Positions 60,568 to 64,000 of a stretch of 64,000 nucleotides of DNA are shown here, one piece after another (position 1 is the first letter of the stretch; each line of letters begins with the position of its first letter). The notes under the pieces are model-generated. The model was not told the DNA's origin and ran no database searches. It was given only the letters and a program-made list of their open reading frames with translations. The DNA is from a virus (lineage: Duplodnaviria; Caudoviricetes). Position numbers and translations under genes: made by a program. The stretch lies in IMG/VR virus record IMGVR_UViG_3300033121_001553, positions 1 to 64,000 of that record. One strand, 5' to 3'.

Positions 60568-61050
60568 TAATTTAACTTCAATCTTTATTGACTTTTCTAG
60601 CTTTTTATTCACTCGAACAACTAGTAGTCCGTCTTCGTAAGTTGCGCTGAATGATTTTACATCAATATCTTCTGGAAGAAGAAGCACACAAGTGCTTTTA
60701 TCTTTCTTCTGCTTCTGCTTGCATGCGATATTGAGATATCTTTTTTGCTTTTGTGTTTCAACGCTTAGCTCAATGCTATCTTTTTGCGCTCCAGCAATTT
60801 CATGTTCAAGCACATAGCCGCCGTCTCGCTCTTTAAAGCATGACTGTGTATATTCGTCAATAAATGACGTAATCATCAACTGTCCCGTCGTTTGCGGGTA
60901 GATTCTATCATCGTACGGAATGTACGGGTACGGAAACACATTATACTTTTGAAGTTTTTGTCGATCAAACGTTATTGTGTTTGGCGAGACAACATAGTCA
61001 CTGTCATCAAGAATACCATTCATGTTATTAAGAATTTTCTCTAGCATCAT
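60568..61050 (-). CDS. Small heat shock protein Hsp20; ends at TTA
   Basis: EIAG..K..I, LPEDID....SATYEDGLL.V...K..IEVK then TTA. Confidence 0.8.
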
Positions 61051-61095
61051 TTCCTGTTACCTCGAAACTTGTATTTATGCATTCAACGAAAAAAG

Positions 61096-61479
61096 TAAAT
61101 AGCCCTGTTCTATTCTTTTCACATTTACTTTGCCCTTGTTGATATACGCATCGTATAGCTCTTCAGCGCTTATACCAGACGCAATAACAATTTCAAAATA
61201 ATAATGAAGTACATCAACAAGCTCTTCAAGATACAGCCCGTGATCTATCTCATTCGTATCTGTCAGACGATGTCTCTTCGAGTTACGAAGATGCTGTATC
61301 GCTTCGAATAGTTCCCCAACTGTCTCATAAGAGATTTCCTTCAAAAATCTTTGACCATCTTTTGATGATAGATCAACTGGAAAATTTGGAAATCCGCGTT
61401 TCTTCTGCAGCAAGAACATAAATTCCCGTTGCTGCTCCATCATCACATCAAGCTTATCTTTCACCGCTGCTTCATGCAT
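61096..61479 (-). CDS. MazG-like dNTP pyrophosphatase (dUTPase/dCTPase); ends at TTA
   Basis: E..EL.EA, EELVDVLHY, Y..K..VN..R...GY then TTA. Confidence 0.8.
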
Positions 61480-61705
61480 TCTTATCACCGCTAAGTCTCT
61501 TAGCTTCTGCTAGAAGATGCTCAAGATGAGCGACAACCATCTTATCATATTCAGCCGTTTGCACGACTTCTTCATCGTTGTCTGCTATTTCAACACGAAT
61601 TGCCATCATAAGCTCTGTAACATCTGTTCCTGTCATCATAGCTTCTTGCAAAAGCTGCACAATTCGCATAATAAGCTTCGTTGAAAATCTATATTCTTTC
61701 TTCAT
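61472..61705 (-). CDS. Hypothetical protein
   Basis: IVQLLQEAMMTGTDV; 77 aa. Confidence 0.65.
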   Translation of the reverse strand: MKKEYRFSTKLIMRIVQLLQEAMMTGTDVTELMMAIRVEIADNDEEVVQTAEYDKMVVAHLEHLLAEAKRLSGDKNA

Positions 61706-61716
61706 AATTTCCAATT

Positions 61717-62373
61717 TAACTTGAAAGGTTCAGCAATACAACCATTTGAGTTAATAAGAGCAAAAGCCTCCAACGATAGTCTAAAATTACCGTTTGCAAC
61801 AAGTTGCTCTATCATCTTTCTTGCAAGCTCACGTACTTCGTACTGCGCGTGTACTGAGTAACGCAACTTCACAAAATGCACAAAACTACGAAAATTGAAC
61901 ATCACATCAGCTTTTATTTGATTACCGTACGGTAGATAAAATCTTGCTGACTCTTTTGCTCTCTTACGGGAGATGCCAGACGCAACTAGTCTATCGAGAC
62001 AGCTGTGATATCTGCTCAACGACTCTTCCATATGCGAGATATACAGCAACTGTTCTTCTTCGCTCCAGTCTGATGGAACATAGAATTTATCATCCTTCAG
62101 CTCTTTATAACGTGCTGACTCTGTGTTGACTGAAACGCCTATGCGATGCTTCAGTATATGAATATGCGTTGCTATGTCTGTCGTCACGATAAAATGAATC
62201 GAGCTTTTTTCGAAAGGCGTTTCGTGACCATTGCTAGCAAGCATCGTAAGCAGCTGACCTACACGTCCACGTTTATCATCAGTTAGCTCTCTCGACGTTG
62301 ATGTCCACGCTGACAACGCGTGTGTTTCATCACCGCCGTAAGTGCCAACAAGCTCTATTTTATTATCGTACAA
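61717..62373 (-). CDS. thyX: Flavin-dependent thymidylate synthase ThyX; ends at TTA
   Basis: GHETPFEK, KHRIGVS.NTESARY, E.AR..LP, NFRS..HF..LR...HAQ.E.R; probable TTG start. Confidence 0.92.
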
Positions 62374-62374
62374 C

Positions 62375-62812
62375 TCATTTGTATTTTTCAACGATATACT
62401 CCACGAATAGATCATTACACATTGCGCTGCGACGTCTAGACTGAACGTGTTCCACGGCTTGCTTGCCTGTCATTCCAGTCAGCTTACACAATGTCATACA
62501 TACGATTATTCCAGATCTGTTGTAGCCAGATATGCATGTAACAAGAACGTTCTTGCCACTTTCAACTTCTTGCGCAACAAGTTCAGCGGCAGATTCCCAC
62601 ATCTGGACGTAGTTTTTAAGGTCTTTAGCGATCGTCGTATCTTCACCGGGCGCAAGAATGATCTTTACACCACTGTATATCGATGCATCGGCGTTTTCTT
62701 TCGCAGCGAGCACAAGTGTATCAACGCCCGCATCAGAGAGTATTCTACCACCGGGCGGTGTACCGCCCTGGTAGAGACCATCGTACATCTTTGTTGCTTC
62801 ATATACTGCCAT
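62375..62812 (-). CDS. Dual-specificity (CX5R) phosphatase
   Basis: VLVTCISGYNRSG. Confidence 0.85.
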   Translation of the reverse strand: MAVYEATKMYDGLYQGGTPPGGRILSDAGVDTLVLAAKENADASIYSGVKIILAPGEDTTIAKDLKNYVQMWESAAELVAQEVESGKNVLVTCISGYNRSGIIVCMTLCKLTGMTGKQAVEHVQSRRRSAMCNDLFVEYIVEKYK

Positions 62813-62815
62813 TTT

Positions 62816-64000
62816 TTATCCGCACTTAGACCAAGAACAGTGCTTACAGCTAACACAGCCCTGTGAATAGAAAAGTTCTGTTGAACCGCAACCTTCGCAT
62901 TTCTTCATTGACGATGGCTTTGTACCATCGGCGATGTACTTCTTAAGCACTCTGCTTAGCGCTCTTGAAAATGAATGCATATCGCCGTTATCATCACGCT
63001 GTAGCTGTTCAACTATGAACTGCACAGGTACACCGTGTCTAAGCGACATTGATACAACGCGTGTAAATGCTCCTCCAGTTGGATCGTTGAAATGTTCCAC
63101 GATATTTCGTATCCTGATCGTTTTATCTGGATCACCGGAAGCATCCATGTCCATGATAAGATCGTACCTCGAGGATGACTTAGATTTATTTTTCTGTATC
63201 TTGCAGCTTGCATACCTCTTTGGCAAGATAACATTTTCAGACAAACCGCAGAAAATTTCGTACGGTCTTCCTTCCAACAAACCGATAAGAACAGTCCACT
63301 GCTGCGTCTGCTTCGTACCATCGTCGAGCGTTACACGAATATTCTGCCTGTGCACGTCGCAGTCAAGCAGCTCAGGTCGCTTTGGCGCATGATTATCAAC
63401 GATCTTACCAGCGTCTGAATTTGCTTCTTGACCGCTTTGAACGATCACACCAGTTCTAGAACCTTCTCTGTAGATCGTAAATCCTTTACAACCTGTACGC
63501 CATGCTTCGATGTACAACTCGCCAACTGTCTCCTTCGAGACATTCTGCGGTAGATTACACGTTTTTGAGATCGAGTGATCGATCCACTTTTGAGCTGCAG
63601 CTTGTATCAGAACAGAACCGATTGGATCGATCTCTGTAGCTGTCGAACCGTAGTACGGTGACTGGGTCACATCAGTGTTTCCTGTAACATTCATCCACTG
63701 CTTTAGACCATGATGCGTTATGTCAAACTCGATCCACGCATCACCGTTCTGATCGACGAAGTCTGGCTTCGTTCCTTCTGACGTTGCGTTGATCTTCTTA
63801 CGACGTTTGTACGACAGATAGATCGCTGGCTCTATACCACTCGTCGTCATCGTCATCGTTGATATCGTGCCGACGGGCGCTGTTGTCATCATCGCGATGT
63901 TACGTCTTCCGTATTTCTCATATCGCTTCTTGATATCAGGATTTTCGTTGAACACCCTAGCGATGTAAGGATGATCAGCTTCACGTTCGTAATCGTAGAT
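62816..64000 (-). CDS. nrdJ: Ribonucleotide reductase, class II (NrdJ-like), C-terminal part
   Basis: APVGTIS, TSGIEP, Q..IDHSISKTCN, GCKG.TIYR.GSR, TSCPD-like domain, CEGCG...GCVSCKHCSWSKCG. Confidence 0.88.
   Translation of the reverse strand: MYDYEREADHPYIARVFNENPDIKKRYEKYGRRNIAMMTTAPVGTISTMTMTTSGIEPAIYLSYKRRKKINATSEGTKPDFVDQNGDAWIEFDITHHGLKQWMNVTGNTDVTQSPYYGSTATEIDPIGSVLIQAAAQKWIDHSISKTCNLPQNVSKETVGELYIEAWRTGCKGFTIYREGSRTGVIVQSGQEANSDAGKIVDNHAPKRPELLDCDVHRQNIRVTLDDGTKQTQQWTVLIGLLEGRPYEIFCGLSENVILPKRYASCKIQKNKSKSSSRYDLIMDMDASGDPDKTIRIRNIVEHFNDPTGGAFTRVVSMSLRHGVPVQFIVEQLQRDDNGDMHSFSRALSRVLKKYIADGTKPSSMKKCEGCGSTELFYSQGCVSCKHCSWSKCG

Noticed and set aside
1-64000. TAG or TGA stop-to-sense recoding, as in other large phages
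   Set aside because: Conserved genes are intact under code 11, and TAA, TAG and TGA all end genes cleanly (e.g. 24570, 11588, 8019).
1-64000. TTA as merely a rare Leu codon (bldA-like regulation or codon bias)
   Set aside because: Rarity alone does not explain why TTA sits at gene ends before terminators, promoters and ATGs. It is disfavoured, but cannot be formally excluded without proteomics.
1-64000. CRISPR array, tRNA/rRNA genes or a diversity-generating retroelement
   Set aside because: No regularly spaced repeats, cloverleaf or reverse transcriptase seen; intergenic spaces are very short. A tRNAscan or Infernal run would be needed to be certain.
1-64000. Bacterial chromosome, organelle or eukaryotic giant virus origin
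   Set aside because: Divergent stand-alone housekeeping genes mixed with tail, lysis and orphan genes in tight operons fit a jumbo phage; no capsid or terminase gene is in the window, so this remains an inference.

Overview
A densely coding 64 kb segment of a large (jumbo-type) bacteriophage genome. It carries DnaE, class II RNR, ThyX, Tdk, GroEL, IF-1, Hsp20, SOD, a Dps-like protein, UvsE, an RNA ligase, tail-fibre-like genes, patatins, lysis-like genes and many orphans. The main discovery is that TTA (UUA, normally Leu) behaves as a fourth stop codon. I found no in-frame TTA in the coding bodies scanned completely (DnaE 1169 codons, GroEL 525, adenine MTase 336) or in spot checks elsewhere. 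In 28 genes an in-frame TTA sits where the protein should end: at typical family C-termini, before terminator hairpins or promoters, or overlapping the next ATG. Reading TTA as stop removes implausible overlaps and two false fusions in the supplied ORF track, so CDS ends below are TTA-corrected. Other findings: a probable cytosine sugar-hypermodification operon, a shared N-terminal leader (MKIRLSELKxxI) on unrelated proteins, two promoter classes, and an array of acidic orphan genes. No tRNA, rRNA or CRISPR array was recognised. Functional calls come from motif recognition only, not database searches.
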